A stretch of 56,569 nucleotides of DNA from an uncultured virus (IMG/VR IMGVR_UViG_3300031951_000040). Taxonomy: Duplodnaviria > Heunggongvirae > Uroviricota > Caudoviricetes. A model generated the notes under the pieces. It ran no database searches. It had not been told where the DNA came from and saw nothing but the letters and a program-made list of their open reading frames with translations. Position numbers and translations under genes: made by a program. Shown here one piece after another: positions 27,443 to 37,070 of the stretch. Within the stretch, counting starts at the first letter, position 1. Each line of letters starts with the position of its first letter. Where the stretch lies: the IMG/VR virus record IMGVR_UViG_3300031951_000040; one strand, written 5' to 3'.

Positions 27443-28552
27443 CTAATTTTTTTTTTCTTCCTCAATGGGAAGTTGTTCATCTTGTATTGGTTCCTCAACA
27501 ATCGGTTCAGGTGTTTCAATTATTTCCTCAACAATCGGTTCAGGTGTAACAATTGGTTCTTCAATTACTATCGGTTGTTCTTCAACTATTACAGGTTGTT
27601 CTTCAACAATTGGTTCTTCAATTACTATCGGTTGTTCTTCAACTATTACAGGTTGTTCTTCAACAATTGGTTCAGGAGTAATAGTTGTTTCTTCAATTAC
27701 TATCGGTTGTTCTTCAACAATTGGTTCAGGTGCAATAGTTGGTTCAGGTGTGACAATTGGTTCTTCAACTATTACAGGTTGTTCTTCAACAATTGGTTCA
27801 GGAGTAATAGTTGTTTCTTTAACAACCACCGGTTCTTCTTTAATTAAATGGTCCTCAATTAAAAAAACATCTGATGAGTCATTATCCTCTTCTTCCTCAG
27901 GAGTTTCAACATCTTTTGGTTGGGGGGTTTTGTTAAGTAATTTTTCTAAAATATCTAAATCTTCTTGAGAGATTCTAACTCGAGAGACTTCACCAACAAT
28001 GTCTTTAGCATCTACCACCGGTGTTTCTTCACCAACGGGTTCAGGAGCGTCTTTTACCACTGGTTGTTCAACCTCTACAGTATTTTTCTCACTCTGAGTA
28101 AACTTAACTAACATATGTAGAAAAGAAAGTGAAATGATTGGTAACATACCTCCAGCGAAAAACGCTAAAAATCTTTTGTGACCAATCATGTCTGTAGGGT
28201 CAACACCAATATATTCTAAAAGTGGTGAAACTAACTCAACCCAAGAAATAAATGCTTGACTCGTAATATCAATATATGAATAGGCGAAATAAATATTACC
28301 AATAAATTGAATGAGGGTTACAATACCAAATGGGAAATATACTTTTCTACCCATATCAGCTGATATTGCAGCCAACGCAGATAATGCGGCAATTTCGATA
28401 CCTATTGATAAATAGATAGCCCAACTAATTGGGTTTGAAATTCCGTACCATTTAGTTACGTGTGATATTGAAACCAACGCAACAGTTATAATTGGTATTA
28501 AAAACGCAGATACTATTAATGTTTTATAATTTTTATTAATCCAATTTTTCAT
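27443..28552 (-). CDS. Multi-pass membrane protein with acidic Glu/Pro/Val/Ile repeat tail
   Basis: About four hydrophobic helices in the first 150 aa, then EEQPVIV/EEPIVTP repeats. Confidence 0.8.
   Translation of the reverse strand: MKNWINKNYKTLIVSAFLIPIITVALVSISHVTKWYGISNPISWAIYLSIGIEIAALSALAAISADMGRKVYFPFGIVTLIQFIGNIYFAYSYIDITSQAFISWVELVSPLLEYIGVDPTDMIGHKRFLAFFAGGMLPIISLSFLHMLVKFTQSEKNTVEVEQPVVKDAPEPVGEETPVVDAKDIVGEVSRVRISQEDLDILEKLLNKTPQPKDVETPEEEEDNDSSDVFLIEDHLIKEEPVVVKETTITPEPIVEEQPVIVEEPIVTPEPTIAPEPIVEEQPIVIEETTITPEPIVEEQPVIVEEQPIVIEEPIVEEQPVIVEEQPIVIEEPIVTPEPIVEEIIETPEPIVEEPIQDEQLPIEEEKKN
27490..27835 (-). repeat. Imperfect tandem coding repeats (EEQPVIV / EEQPIVI / PEPIV)
   Basis: Recurrent DNA units such as GGTTGTTCTTCAAC and TTCTTCAATTACTATCGG; boundaries approximate. 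Confidence 0.85.
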
Positions 28553-28836
28553 TTAACACTATTTTCCAACTTGCTTATTTCATTATCAATTTCAGTTTGA
28601 CGGTTTACATCTAAAATTTTTCTATCAGTTGCTTGAATCATTCTTTTTTCTGATTTCAATCCTTCAATTCTTAACCTAACATCCAATTCTTCTTTGGTGT
28701 AGGTAGAATCTTTAATTGACTCAATTTCCTTTCTCATTTTAGAGAGTTCTCTTCCGTCGCCACAACTTTTAAAAAATCCTAAAAGTGCAACAACCAAAAC
28801 GATTATTGTGAAATTTTTTTGAATAAAATTTTTCAT
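28549..28836 (-). CDS. Putative lipoprotein/membrane-anchored coiled-coil protein
   Basis: Hydrophobic leader ending in FKSC, then coiled coil; TATTTATA upstream. Confidence 0.6.
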   Translation of the reverse strand: MKNFIQKNFTIIVLVVALLGFFKSCGDGRELSKMRKEIESIKDSTYTKEELDVRLRIEGLKSEKRMIQATDRKILDVNRQTEIDNEISKLENSVK

Positions 28837-28845
28837 GTTTTTTAT

Positions 28846-29658
28846 TTATAAATAGTTTAATAATCCATAACTGTCGTTACGAAGTTTCTTTAGTGCTTTA
28901 TCACGTAGTTGTCTAATACGTTCTTTAGTGCATCCGAATTCATCACCCAAGTCTTCTAAATTCATTTCAATACCGTTCAACCCATAAGACTTTTCAATAA
29001 TGACCTTTTCTCTATCGTCAAGGATTGAAAGCATTTGAGAAACTCTTTTTTTAATTTCTTCAGACGTATTTAAAATGTCTTCAGGGTTATCAGCGTTGAC
29101 ATTAATGATGGTATCGATTAATTGGTCTCCCTCTTCATTTATTTCATCATTCAAGTTTACACAATGAGGTAGTACTATTTCTGCCCCATTATCTTCATAA
29201 TTGATAAAGAAAGGGTCATCAACATTTAACTGTTCATTTTTCTTTCTTTTTTGATTTTCCTGAATAATGTTTGACGGCAGTCTTATCATCCTTGAATTCT
29301 CGTTTAGAGAAGCCATAATAGATTGTTTAATCCACCAAACAGCATATGAAATAAATTTGTAACCACTGTTAGGGTCAAATCTTTCGGCGGCTCGTATGAG
29401 ACCGATATTACCTTCGGATATTAAATCAATTAAATCCATACCATTGTTTTGATATGATTTAGCGACGGTGATTACAAAACGTAGATTACCCACTACGAGT
29501 TCGTTTAACAAATCGACTCTTTCCTTCTTAGGTAGGTCTTTATTTTTTAAGAGTTCGAAGACTTCATCCTGTCTTTGGTGAGTAATTACCTTAATCTTTC
29601 GGATGTCTTTGATGTAGTTCTGAATTTCTTCAGTGTTGATTAGTAATGTTTTGGCCAT
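28846..29658 (-). CDS. RNA polymerase sigma-70 factor (RpoD/RpoS-like)
   Basis: NLRFVITVAKSY, DLISEGNIGLIRAAERFD, KFISYAVWWIKQSI, RMIRLP, region 4 TKERIRQLRDKALKKLR. Confidence 0.95.
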   Translation of the reverse strand: MAKTLLINTEEIQNYIKDIRKIKVITHQRQDEVFELLKNKDLPKKERVDLLNELVVGNLRFVITVAKSYQNNGMDLIDLISEGNIGLIRAAERFDPNSGYKFISYAVWWIKQSIMASLNENSRMIRLPSNIIQENQKRKKNEQLNVDDPFFINYEDNGAEIVLPHCVNLNDEINEEGDQLIDTIINVNADNPEDILNTSEEIKKRVSQMLSILDDREKVIIEKSYGLNGIEMNLEDLGDEFGCTKERIRQLRDKALKKLRNDSYGLLNYL

Positions 29659-29702
29659 GAATGTTCGGTTTGTGGTTCATGGGTAAAAATATGTAAAAAA
29701 AA

Positions 29703-30164
29703 TCAATTTTGGAAGCCATCCAAGAATTTTTTTTCGTCAGGAGTCAAACTGTCTATCCCCTCCTGTTCAATTTTCTCTAAAATATTATCAAGGTCCATTG
29801 TTTCGTTAGGGTTCTCGGTGTTTTCTTTTTTATTATATTCTAACCTTAATGAACTATATTCTTCACTTGGCTTAAACATAAAGTCCTTCATCTGTATAGG
29901 TAAATTGGCACTATATATACTTTCTCTTTCGAAGAGGAAGTAAAATTTCACATCCTCCATAGAAATAATATTGTGAAGTTCTTCAGAGAGCTCTTTTCTA
30001 TTTGATTCGGATTCAAATATAACTATTATACTTTTAGACGTATCTTCAATAACAAACCTAACCTTGGCAATTTTTGGACTAACTCCAAGAACTTCCAAAC
30101 AAAAAAATTCAATGTCTTCGTGGTCTTCGAAATTCGCGAATAAAAATAAAAGATATGTCTTCAT
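29703..30164 (-). CDS. Hypothetical protein with C-terminal LDxILEKI..GIDSLT.EKKFL motif (DUF6576-like)
   Basis: C-terminal motif. Confidence 0.6.
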   Translation of the reverse strand: MKTYLLFLFANFEDHEDIEFFCLEVLGVSPKIAKVRFVIEDTSKSIIVIFESESNRKELSEELHNIISMEDVKFYFLFERESIYSANLPIQMKDFMFKPSEEYSSLRLEYNKKENTENPNETMDLDNILEKIEQEGIDSLTPDEKKFLDGFQN

Positions 30165-30173
30165 TCAAATAAA

Positions 30174-30602
30174 TTACTGTACGATTAAAAATACGGATAA
30201 AATTGCAATAAGTCCACCCCCAACGATGGTTTTGAACTTATTTTTCACCTTTTCTTTCTTCAACTGTAATTCTAAATTTTTTGTGTGATTTTCTAAAATT
30301 TGATATTTTTCGTCTTGAGATTTAATTATTGTTAAATAATTTTCCTCTTTCTTCTGCATGGTAACAATTACACTATCTTTCAGTGAAACCTTTTCCTCTA
30401 ATTTTGTGATTTGTTCATTTGATAATTTCAATTCAGCAATCGCAGAATCACCTCTTAATAAGTCTTTAGCAATTGACTTAAATGTAGAAACCGGTAAACA
30501 TTTTACTGGTTCGGGGGTTCGATTTTTATTATTTGTATCTGTCTGAGAAAAAGCTATCAAGCTCTGGCTCAGTAAAATTAGAAACACGATTAATTTTTTC
30601 AT
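30174..30602 (-). CDS. Signal-peptide coiled-coil protein with C-terminal TM (spanin-like?)
   Basis: MKKLIVFLILLSQSLIAFSQ leader, coiled coil, hydrophobic C-terminus. Confidence 0.6.
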   Translation of the reverse strand: MKKLIVFLILLSQSLIAFSQTDTNNKNRTPEPVKCLPVSTFKSIAKDLLRGDSAIAELKLSNEQITKLEEKVSLKDSVIVTMQKKEENYLTIIKSQDEKYQILENHTKNLELQLKKEKVKNKFKTIVGGGLIAILSVFLIVQ

Positions 30603-30921
30603 GATATACTTCCTTTACTATTGTTTTTTGATTTTTAATTTTATCGATACTATTATCAACTTCTCCAATTTCTTTATTGATGTTGTCGATTTTATCGTCT
30701 AACATTTCTTGTTCTTTATACATGTTATTAATTACAACATTCAAAGAATCAATCTTCGCCTTATCTTCAGGTGACATACCCACTCGAGGTGTTAAAATGA
30801 AAATCATCCAATACAGAACGAACAACCCGAACACAACCATTAAAACGGTTTTATAGTTCTTTGCAAGAAAACCTGCAATTTTATTTGTATTTTCTTTTGC
30901 GTTTAAAAGTCTTTCGTCCAT
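30529..30921 (-). CDS. Single-TM coiled-coil protein (i-spanin-like?)
   Basis: N-terminal TM then coiled coil; 74 nt overlap with the downstream gene; TATTTATA upstream. Confidence 0.6.
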   Translation of the reverse strand: MDERLLNAKENTNKIAGFLAKNYKTVLMVVFGLFVLYWMIFILTPRVGMSPEDKAKIDSLNVVINNMYKEQEMLDDKIDNINKEIGEVDNSIDKIKNQKTIVKEVYHEKINRVSNFTEPELDSFFSDRYK

Positions 30922-30943
30922 ATGATATAAATATTAATAATAA

Positions 30944-31618
30944 TTATTTTTTCTTTCTAATTATCTCATCGATAATGCCATAACTCAACGCATCTTCTGA
31001 TGATAACCACAAATCTCTCGACGCATCCTCCATGACAACTTCGGATGGTTTGTTACAATATTCACCCAATAGGTCAAATAGAATTTTATTTAATTTTTCC
31101 CATTCTTTCATATTAATCTTAGCATCCTGAATATTACCTTCAAAACCTCCTGAAGACTGATGTAACATTGTTCTACTGAATCTTAGTGAACATCTCTTAC
31201 CTTTTGTACCCGCACCAAGTAAAACCGAACCCATAGATGCTGCCATTCCAGTGTTGATTGTACGAATATCCGAGTTGATATAATCCATTACATCCACCAT
31301 TGATAATCCACTTTTTACAGAACCACCAGGACTATCAATGTGCATTGTGATATCAGTATTATCGATACTGTCTAAAAACATAAGTTGAGCTTGAACCACT
31401 GTCGACATGTTATCGTTTACAACACCCGCAACCCATATGATTCTTTCCATCATCAATCGTGAGAATACATCCATCACGGTTACGTTCATTTGTCTCTCTT
31501 CCAATATGTATGGAGTTAAACTGTCTTCAACTTGTTTGTTGTAGTGATGTAAATTTAAACCGCTAATCCCTTTGTCCTTAGCGAATAGTCCGAAGTCTTT
31601 ATATAGTTTACTGTTCAT
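30944..31618 (-). CDS. clpP: ATP-dependent Clp protease proteolytic subunit
   Basis: TPYILEER..DVFSRLMMERII, IDSPGGSV, GMAASMG (Ser), MLHQ (His), RDLWL (Asp), YGIIDEI. Confidence 0.95.
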   Translation of the reverse strand: MNSKLYKDFGLFAKDKGISGLNLHHYNKQVEDSLTPYILEERQMNVTVMDVFSRLMMERIIWVAGVVNDNMSTVVQAQLMFLDSIDNTDITMHIDSPGGSVKSGLSMVDVMDYINSDIRTINTGMAASMGSVLLGAGTKGKRCSLRFSRTMLHQSSGGFEGNIQDAKINMKEWEKLNKILFDLLGEYCNKPSEVVMEDASRDLWLSSEDALSYGIIDEIIRKKK

Positions 31619-31657
31619 GTGAATTATTTTTTTTAAATCTAAGAAAAAAAAGTGATA

Positions 31658-34024
31658 TTAAGAAATTTTTGGTGTGATAAAATCAATTGAACTAATGTTG
31701 TTATCTTTTTTGACCATAACCAAATTGTCCGACCAGTTTCTAATTAATGGGTTATGGGAAATAACAAATATGTGTTCAAAATAATCTTTAATTTTTTTGA
31801 AGAACTCTCCCACCATTTCCAAATTCTCATCCGCAATTTTACCAAATACTTCATCCATTACAACAATATTTGGTTTGGGTAATGACGATATCTTGGTTAA
31901 TACGCTTCGAAGGGCAAGTGATGAAATAGTTCTTTCATAACCCGAACCACTAACGAGTGGTTTTACTACTCTAGTTTCAGTATCAATCATTATAAATTCA
32001 ACCTCGTTTCTCTCGTTGATGTTCAATTCTAAAATAAAGTGACAACTATCAACTAAAAGTCTGTACAACTCTTGGTTAATTAGTGGGACCATATTTTTTA
32101 AAATAACCTTTGAGATTCCATTCTTACCGAAAACGGTTAGGTAAACCTTGAAGATAGATTGAGTTTCATTTTCAACTTTTATCTTTCTAATTAAATCCTT
32201 ATTAGTTTCAATTTTTTCAGTTAAAGTTTGATTCTGATTTTTTAATCTTTCAATAGTAGTGCCATAACTTCTTAGATTTGCATTGAGGGTTTCAATTTGA
32301 GACTTTAAACCCACAATTTCAGCATCTATTCTTTGATTCTCTTCTAACTTTTGTTTGTTGCGGTCATAGTTATCAAGTTTTGTTTGTAACTTTTCAATTT
32401 CTATTTTTTTCTGCTCGACCTCCAACTCATACCTTGTCTTTTTAATTTTGTTTTTTTCGTACCCATCGTACTCTTTTTTCAAATCAATAAAGACCTTTTC
32501 CTTTTCAGTTAATTCATCATACTTCTTACGATTATCTGTTTGAATTTTCCTAATTGATTCGACCAATTCTTTTAATTTATTTATTTCATCAGTGTGGTCA
32601 ACCTCAGCTAATGCTCTTTTACAGGTCGGACATATTTGTCCTTCCTCTAATTGTTTTATTAGTTCTTCGTTTCGTTTAATGGAGTCAGCATTTACTCTAC
32701 CTTCCACAACTATTCCATTCATTTCATCTTTTAGTAACAAATGATTTTCCTCAAGATAAAACTGTGAAGGTTCTTTTACATTAACAGAATCGGCGTTAGT
32801 AATTGAAACTTGTTTTTGTTTTTCCAAATTACTAATATCAACCTTTATTTGACTTGTATTGGTACGAATTAAATCTTGGTCAATATCTGTGTTTCTTTTT
32901 GACAACAAATCATCTCTTTTATTTTCCGCATTTTTTAAGGTTGACTGAGTTTTTGTTGTTTCAATTTCTAATCTAGATATTTCTGATTTGTTTTCATCGA
33001 TACCTTCTTGAAAAGAAGTAATCTCTGTTTCCAAATCATTCATATTATGATTATTGGAAATCAATTTTTTACTCCATTCACTTTGAATTGTTTTACAGAT
33101 TTCTTCTTTTTCTTTAAGAATTTCTAAACCTAAAAACTTTGTAAGTATTAAACCTCTTGCAGTAGGTTTTGATTCAATGAGTTCTTCTAAATTATTTCCA
33201 GTTGTTAATATTGTTGATAGAAAATCTTCCTCTGTGCCGATTGCCTTTGTTATAAAATCTTCAGTTTCTCTACGTTGTTCACCTGTTAAATTTTCAATCG
33301 TACCATCTTGATTTTTTTTATAAAAATCCAATTTATTTGTGACGGTATAATCACCACTTTTTGTTTTCTTACGTGAGCTTATTCTCTCAATAATGTAGTC
33401 CTCATTGTCTATGGTTATGTATCCCTTAACTTTTACTTCGTCATTGTTACTGAACCTATTGAAAATTTCTGAATTGGTTTTAGTTTTTGTGGTTTTATTA
33501 AAAAATAAAAACATCATTAAATCAACTGTTGCAGTTGACTTACCACCAAAATTTTTGGGTGTAGATTCTACAACTGTGATGCCGGGTAATATGGTAAAAT
33601 CAATCTCATTGTTTCCCCCATAGGACAGGAAATTTGAAAATTCAACCTTTTTGATATACCATTTAGTGTATTTGATTCTATCACCGTTTTTACGGATGAA
33701 TTCTTCATTTACTTTATTGTCAAGATTATTAAGTCTTTCTAATGATATATTGATTTCATTCTCCTCAACGAAATCTTTCATCAAAGTTTTTTGGTACTGA
33801 AAATCAGAAATATTTTCTGTTATGTCTAATGACGCTAATTTTGTTTGGTCATCATTGGATATAACTTTAGTTATAATTTGAACGTACTTTGTGTTGTATT
33901 TCTTTTGAAAATATGATTTAACTCTATTGAGTTTTTCAGAGGTGAAGTTCTCATGTGTATCCTGCCATGTAACTTTAATGTAGGGATTTTTAAGATTGGT
34001 TACTTCTTTCTTTGTAGTGTCCAT
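31658..34024 (-). CDS. SbcC/Rad50/gp46-like recombination ATPase
   Basis: NFLSYG, NFGGKST Walker A, coiled coils, CPTC zinc hook, SGYE signature, VVMDE Walker B, VISH. Confidence 0.92.
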   Translation of the reverse strand: MDTTKKEVTNLKNPYIKVTWQDTHENFTSEKLNRVKSYFQKKYNTKYVQIITKVISNDDQTKLASLDITENISDFQYQKTLMKDFVEENEINISLERLNNLDNKVNEEFIRKNGDRIKYTKWYIKKVEFSNFLSYGGNNEIDFTILPGITVVESTPKNFGGKSTATVDLMMFLFFNKTTKTKTNSEIFNRFSNNDEVKVKGYITIDNEDYIIERISSRKKTKSGDYTVTNKLDFYKKNQDGTIENLTGEQRRETEDFITKAIGTEEDFLSTILTTGNNLEELIESKPTARGLILTKFLGLEILKEKEEICKTIQSEWSKKLISNNHNMNDLETEITSFQEGIDENKSEISRLEIETTKTQSTLKNAENKRDDLLSKRNTDIDQDLIRTNTSQIKVDISNLEKQKQVSITNADSVNVKEPSQFYLEENHLLLKDEMNGIVVEGRVNADSIKRNEELIKQLEEGQICPTCKRALAEVDHTDEINKLKELVESIRKIQTDNRKKYDELTEKEKVFIDLKKEYDGYEKNKIKKTRYELEVEQKKIEIEKLQTKLDNYDRNKQKLEENQRIDAEIVGLKSQIETLNANLRSYGTTIERLKNQNQTLTEKIETNKDLIRKIKVENETQSIFKVYLTVFGKNGISKVILKNMVPLINQELYRLLVDSCHFILELNINERNEVEFIMIDTETRVVKPLVSGSGYERTISSLALRSVLTKISSLPKPNIVVMDEVFGKIADENLEMVGEFFKKIKDYFEHIFVISHNPLIRNWSDNLVMVKKDNNISSIDFITPKIS

Positions 34025-34506
34025 TTGTTCTTCTTTAAGTTATAGGTTTGAACGTGTTCTTTTTTAAATGACATCCATTTTTCTATCTCTTCACTATTGT
34101 TTGGTTTGAATTCTGTGAAAAGTATTTTGTCTTTATTCTTAATTGTGGTTGGTTTTATTAATATAACTTGAGTAAAATCTCTGTTTGTTCTAATAAACCA
34201 ATGCTTATTTTTGTTTGGGGTTATAGTATCACCTACTTTATCGTACCAATACTTTACCTTCCGTATTGGAATATTAACAGTCCTAAAATCATAACCACTA
34301 ATCAAGGAATATTCATTCTCCCAAAAATCACCAATCCAACCCCCTCTTTCCAACTCCACACCAAATGAATTATCGTCAACACAAATTAAATCAATTGCTT
34401 TTGAATTAGGATGTGACTCGAACAAAATGTTAAAAACTTCTTTAATGAAAATTTTAGCAAAATTTCTTACTTCAGTGTCATCAAAACTTCTTTTTATGTA
34501 ACCCAT
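34000..34506 (-). CDS. Hypothetical protein, possible PD-(D/E)XK-type endonuclease
   Basis: IDL...GVELE acidic motif; weak support. Confidence 0.45.
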   Translation of the reverse strand: MGYIKRSFDDTEVRNFAKIFIKEVFNILFESHPNSKAIDLICVDDNSFGVELERGGWIGDFWENEYSLISGYDFRTVNIPIRKVKYWYDKVGDTITPNKNKHWFIRTNRDFTQVILIKPTTIKNKDKILFTEFKPNNSEEIEKWMSFKKEHVQTYNLKKNKWTLQRKK

Positions 34507-34534
34507 TTAAAATTTTTGAACATCCCGTCAGGGT

Positions 34535-34879
34535 TTATTTATTGAATCTACTTTCTTCAAAGAATTCAACTATTCCATTTATAGCCCATACACTTCCCGC
34601 GGTAAACATACCGTCAAAGAAAATAGATGGTAACCAATGAATACCAAAATGAGTTGTCATTCCCCCGAGACAGATTGAAAAGAAGAATCCAACCCATGTT
34701 GATGTACATAACATACAACTAATCAATCCTGAAATAAAATTTCCAACTCCTTGTAAAGGAGCGTATTCATTTTTGGCCCAATTATGTATGGAATCTCTTA
34801 CAGAGTCAAAAATAGAACCGTAAACGATTATAGTGCTCATTCCATATGCTGCCATAATCCAAATAAAAATGTTTGTCAT
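34535..34879 (-). CDS. Membrane protein, DUF1360-like
   Basis: LISCMLCTSTWVG (CxxCxxxW) with about three hydrophobic helices. Confidence 0.6.
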   Translation of the reverse strand: MTNIFIWIMAAYGMSTIIVYGSIFDSVRDSIHNWAKNEYAPLQGVGNFISGLISCMLCTSTWVGFFFSICLGGMTTHFGIHWLPSIFFDGMFTAGSVWAINGIVEFFEESRFNK

Positions 34880-34927
34880 GTTTGAATGTATTTTATAAAA
34901 TATATGAAAAAAAAATCAATAAAAAAA

Positions 34928-35449
34928 TTATTCACCATATAAAGATGAGAGGTTACTGTCCTTCATAAATTTACCCTTTCTGCCGAGACCCTCTAATGAT
35001 TTTGTTAGACTTTCCAATTCAGACTTTAATTTCTCATTTTCAACTTTTAAAGTGTTTAATTCTTCGTCATTTTTTACCTCAATAATCTTTTCAATTGGGA
35101 CTTCTTTTATAACCTCTCTTACTACAATCTGAGTATCCCCTTTTATCTCCACCGGTACCTCTTTAATAACTTCAACAGGTACCTCTTTAATAACTTCTCG
35201 AATAATTTCAATTGGTTTTTCAATTATCCTATCTACGGGAATCTCTTTAATAATTTCTTTGATTACTTCCTTCTCTACTATCTTTTCACCAGATGAAAAT
35301 CCAAATGGTACTTCACCGTACTTTACAATATTGAAACCTTTTTTAAAAACTTGTTCCGCAAATTCTTGAGGATTCTCAATTTTGTTTAATTCACAATACT
35401 TTATGAATTCATTATCTAATATTAAGTAGTTTTTCTGATTCATTGTCAA
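34928..35449 (-). CDS. Protein with VIKEVPVE repeats and coiled coil
   Basis: Repeated (V/I)(I/V)(K/R)E(V/I)P(V/I)E units. Confidence 0.75.
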   Translation of the reverse strand: MTMNQKNYLILDNEFIKYCELNKIENPQEFAEQVFKKGFNIVKYGEVPFGFSSGEKIVEKEVIKEIIKEIPVDRIIEKPIEIIREVIKEVPVEVIKEVPVEIKGDTQIVVREVIKEVPIEKIIEVKNDEELNTLKVENEKLKSELESLTKSLEGLGRKGKFMKDSNLSSLYGE

Positions 35450-36218
35450 TATCTAATATGTCAGATATGGAGAAATGTAGAAAAGGTTGTTCATTCTCTA
35501 TATCATAAGTATGGTATTCATCGTTTACCACGTCATAAACACCGTATCCGTGATAATTAACTGTCTCACCAAAATTTTGTTGAATCAGAGAACCAATCAT
35601 GATAGCTTTACCTCCGTTGGGTAAGTCAAACATTTGTCTTTTATGGATATCACCACAAAGTAATAAATCCAAACCAACAAAGTTTAATGGTGAGTAGGCA
35701 TTTTCAAACTCGAACCCTAAATCAGTGGACAAACCTTGTATTGGTCCATGAAATAAACCAACATAAAATTTATTATCCTCTTTTTCAAAATCGGGTTTTT
35801 GATTGTGTTGATATAAAGAGTAAACCACCCAATTAATGTTCTCATCCTCATATACCCCACTGTTTTTGAAATATTTGACATTTTCATTATTCAACATTTC
35901 AACAATTGGGGTAATACTATCCAATCTACTCACATTATTTTCTAAAAAATCATGGTTTCCTGGTATTATTATAACAGGTCCGATGTTTTCGTGTAACTGT
36001 GTTAGGAACCAAGATGTGAGCATCATTTGTTCGTTTGAGATATTAATTTTTTGATGAGCAATGTCACCAGTAATGACCACTCTTATCTCATCGTAATTAC
36101 AATCTTCCACTCTTCTCATCGCATCGTCAATTACCATCTTGAATTGTTTCTTATACATGTCATGTAATTGAAAGGTCCTGATGTGTAAATCAGATATGTG
36201 TATAATTTTTCTTATCAT
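35412..36218 (-). CDS. SbcD/Mre11/gp47-like metallophosphoesterase nuclease
   Basis: SDLH, TGD, GNHD, FHG, GDIH, GSLIQQNFGE. Confidence 0.92.
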   Translation of the reverse strand: MIRKIIHISDLHIRTFQLHDMYKKQFKMVIDDAMRRVEDCNYDEIRVVITGDIAHQKINISNEQMMLTSWFLTQLHENIGPVIIIPGNHDFLENNVSRLDSITPIVEMLNNENVKYFKNSGVYEDENINWVVYSLYQHNQKPDFEKEDNKFYVGLFHGPIQGLSTDLGFEFENAYSPLNFVGLDLLLCGDIHKRQMFDLPNGGKAIMIGSLIQQNFGETVNYHGYGVYDVVNDEYHTYDIENEQPFLHFSISDILDIDNESEKLLNIR

Positions 36219-37069
36219 TTTAAGTATTTTTTTATATCCATTTGTAAAATCGAATTGGTCATGTCCGATGGGACTTTGTATTCCGTAAACGTCCCATTAT
36301 CTTTAAGATGTGTAATGACACAACCTAATAATTTGATATCTGAAAACTTACTACCTTCCAACATTTTTAATAATAGTTTACCATACAATGGTAGTTGAAC
36401 ATAATAGTGACTTAGAGCGGTATCATAATAGTTTTCAAAAGGGTGTAACATTTTTGAAGTATAGGGTTGTATTTGAAAATTCTTTTCTTGGTTTGTTTTC
36501 CAATCCGTAACAACAATTCCAAATCCGTCTTTTTGTTTGTTCATCATCAGCCAGCATTTATCAGGTTGACCAACATATCCTAGTTCAGGGTCACCCAACA
36601 CCATTTCAGTATCTAAGAGTACCGCACCTCTTTCTTCCATCAAGGTTAAAAAATCTTTACCCGCTGATATCATACTGTCACTCTTCATGATTTGTTGATT
36701 GTCACATTCAAAAATTGGTTGTCTCACATCTTTATAATTACCATATCTACCAACTAAATCAGTTTCTAACATGTAATGAACCCTACTACCTAAATTTGTA
36801 GAGTAATCACCCGCTTTCTTCCATTTTTCTAACAATAAACGAGTTTCTTCCTCGTCACCATCTGTCATTTGGTAAGCTTTAGATTCTGCATCAAATGGGA
36901 TGTAAAATTTTTTAATGACTTTTGATACGGATGGAAAATTATTTCTATGTTTTCCATCTAAATCTCTCATAAAATAAATGTGTTCATCTTCATAAAAAGT
37001 AAGTTCTAACTCCTTTTTTCTAATTTCAACACACTCTCTGATTTCCTGTGCTATTTCTGTTAAATTCAT
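36215..37069 (-). CDS. PD-(D/E)XK exonuclease
   Basis: PSVS, GSRVH, GQPD, DWKT, QLPLY motifs. Confidence 0.8.
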   Translation of the reverse strand: MNLTEIAQEIRECVEIRKKELELTFYEDEHIYFMRDLDGKHRNNFPSVSKVIKKFYIPFDAESKAYQMTDGDEEETRLLLEKWKKAGDYSTNLGSRVHYMLETDLVGRYGNYKDVRQPIFECDNQQIMKSDSMISAGKDFLTLMEERGAVLLDTEMVLGDPELGYVGQPDKCWLMMNKQKDGFGIVVTDWKTNQEKNFQIQPYTSKMLHPFENYYDTALSHYYVQLPLYGKLLLKMLEGSKFSDIKLLGCVITHLKDNGTFTEYKVPSDMTNSILQMDIKKYLK

Positions 37070-37070
37070 T

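Noticed and set aside
27361..27968. Plus-strand ORFs with FNYYRLF / STIGS repeats
   Set aside because: Antisense of the EEQPVIV repeat of the minus-strand membrane protein.
34000..34506. Homing endonuclease or intron in sbcC
   Set aside because: No HNH, GIY-YIG or LAGLIDADG motif, and the flanking genes are uninterrupted.
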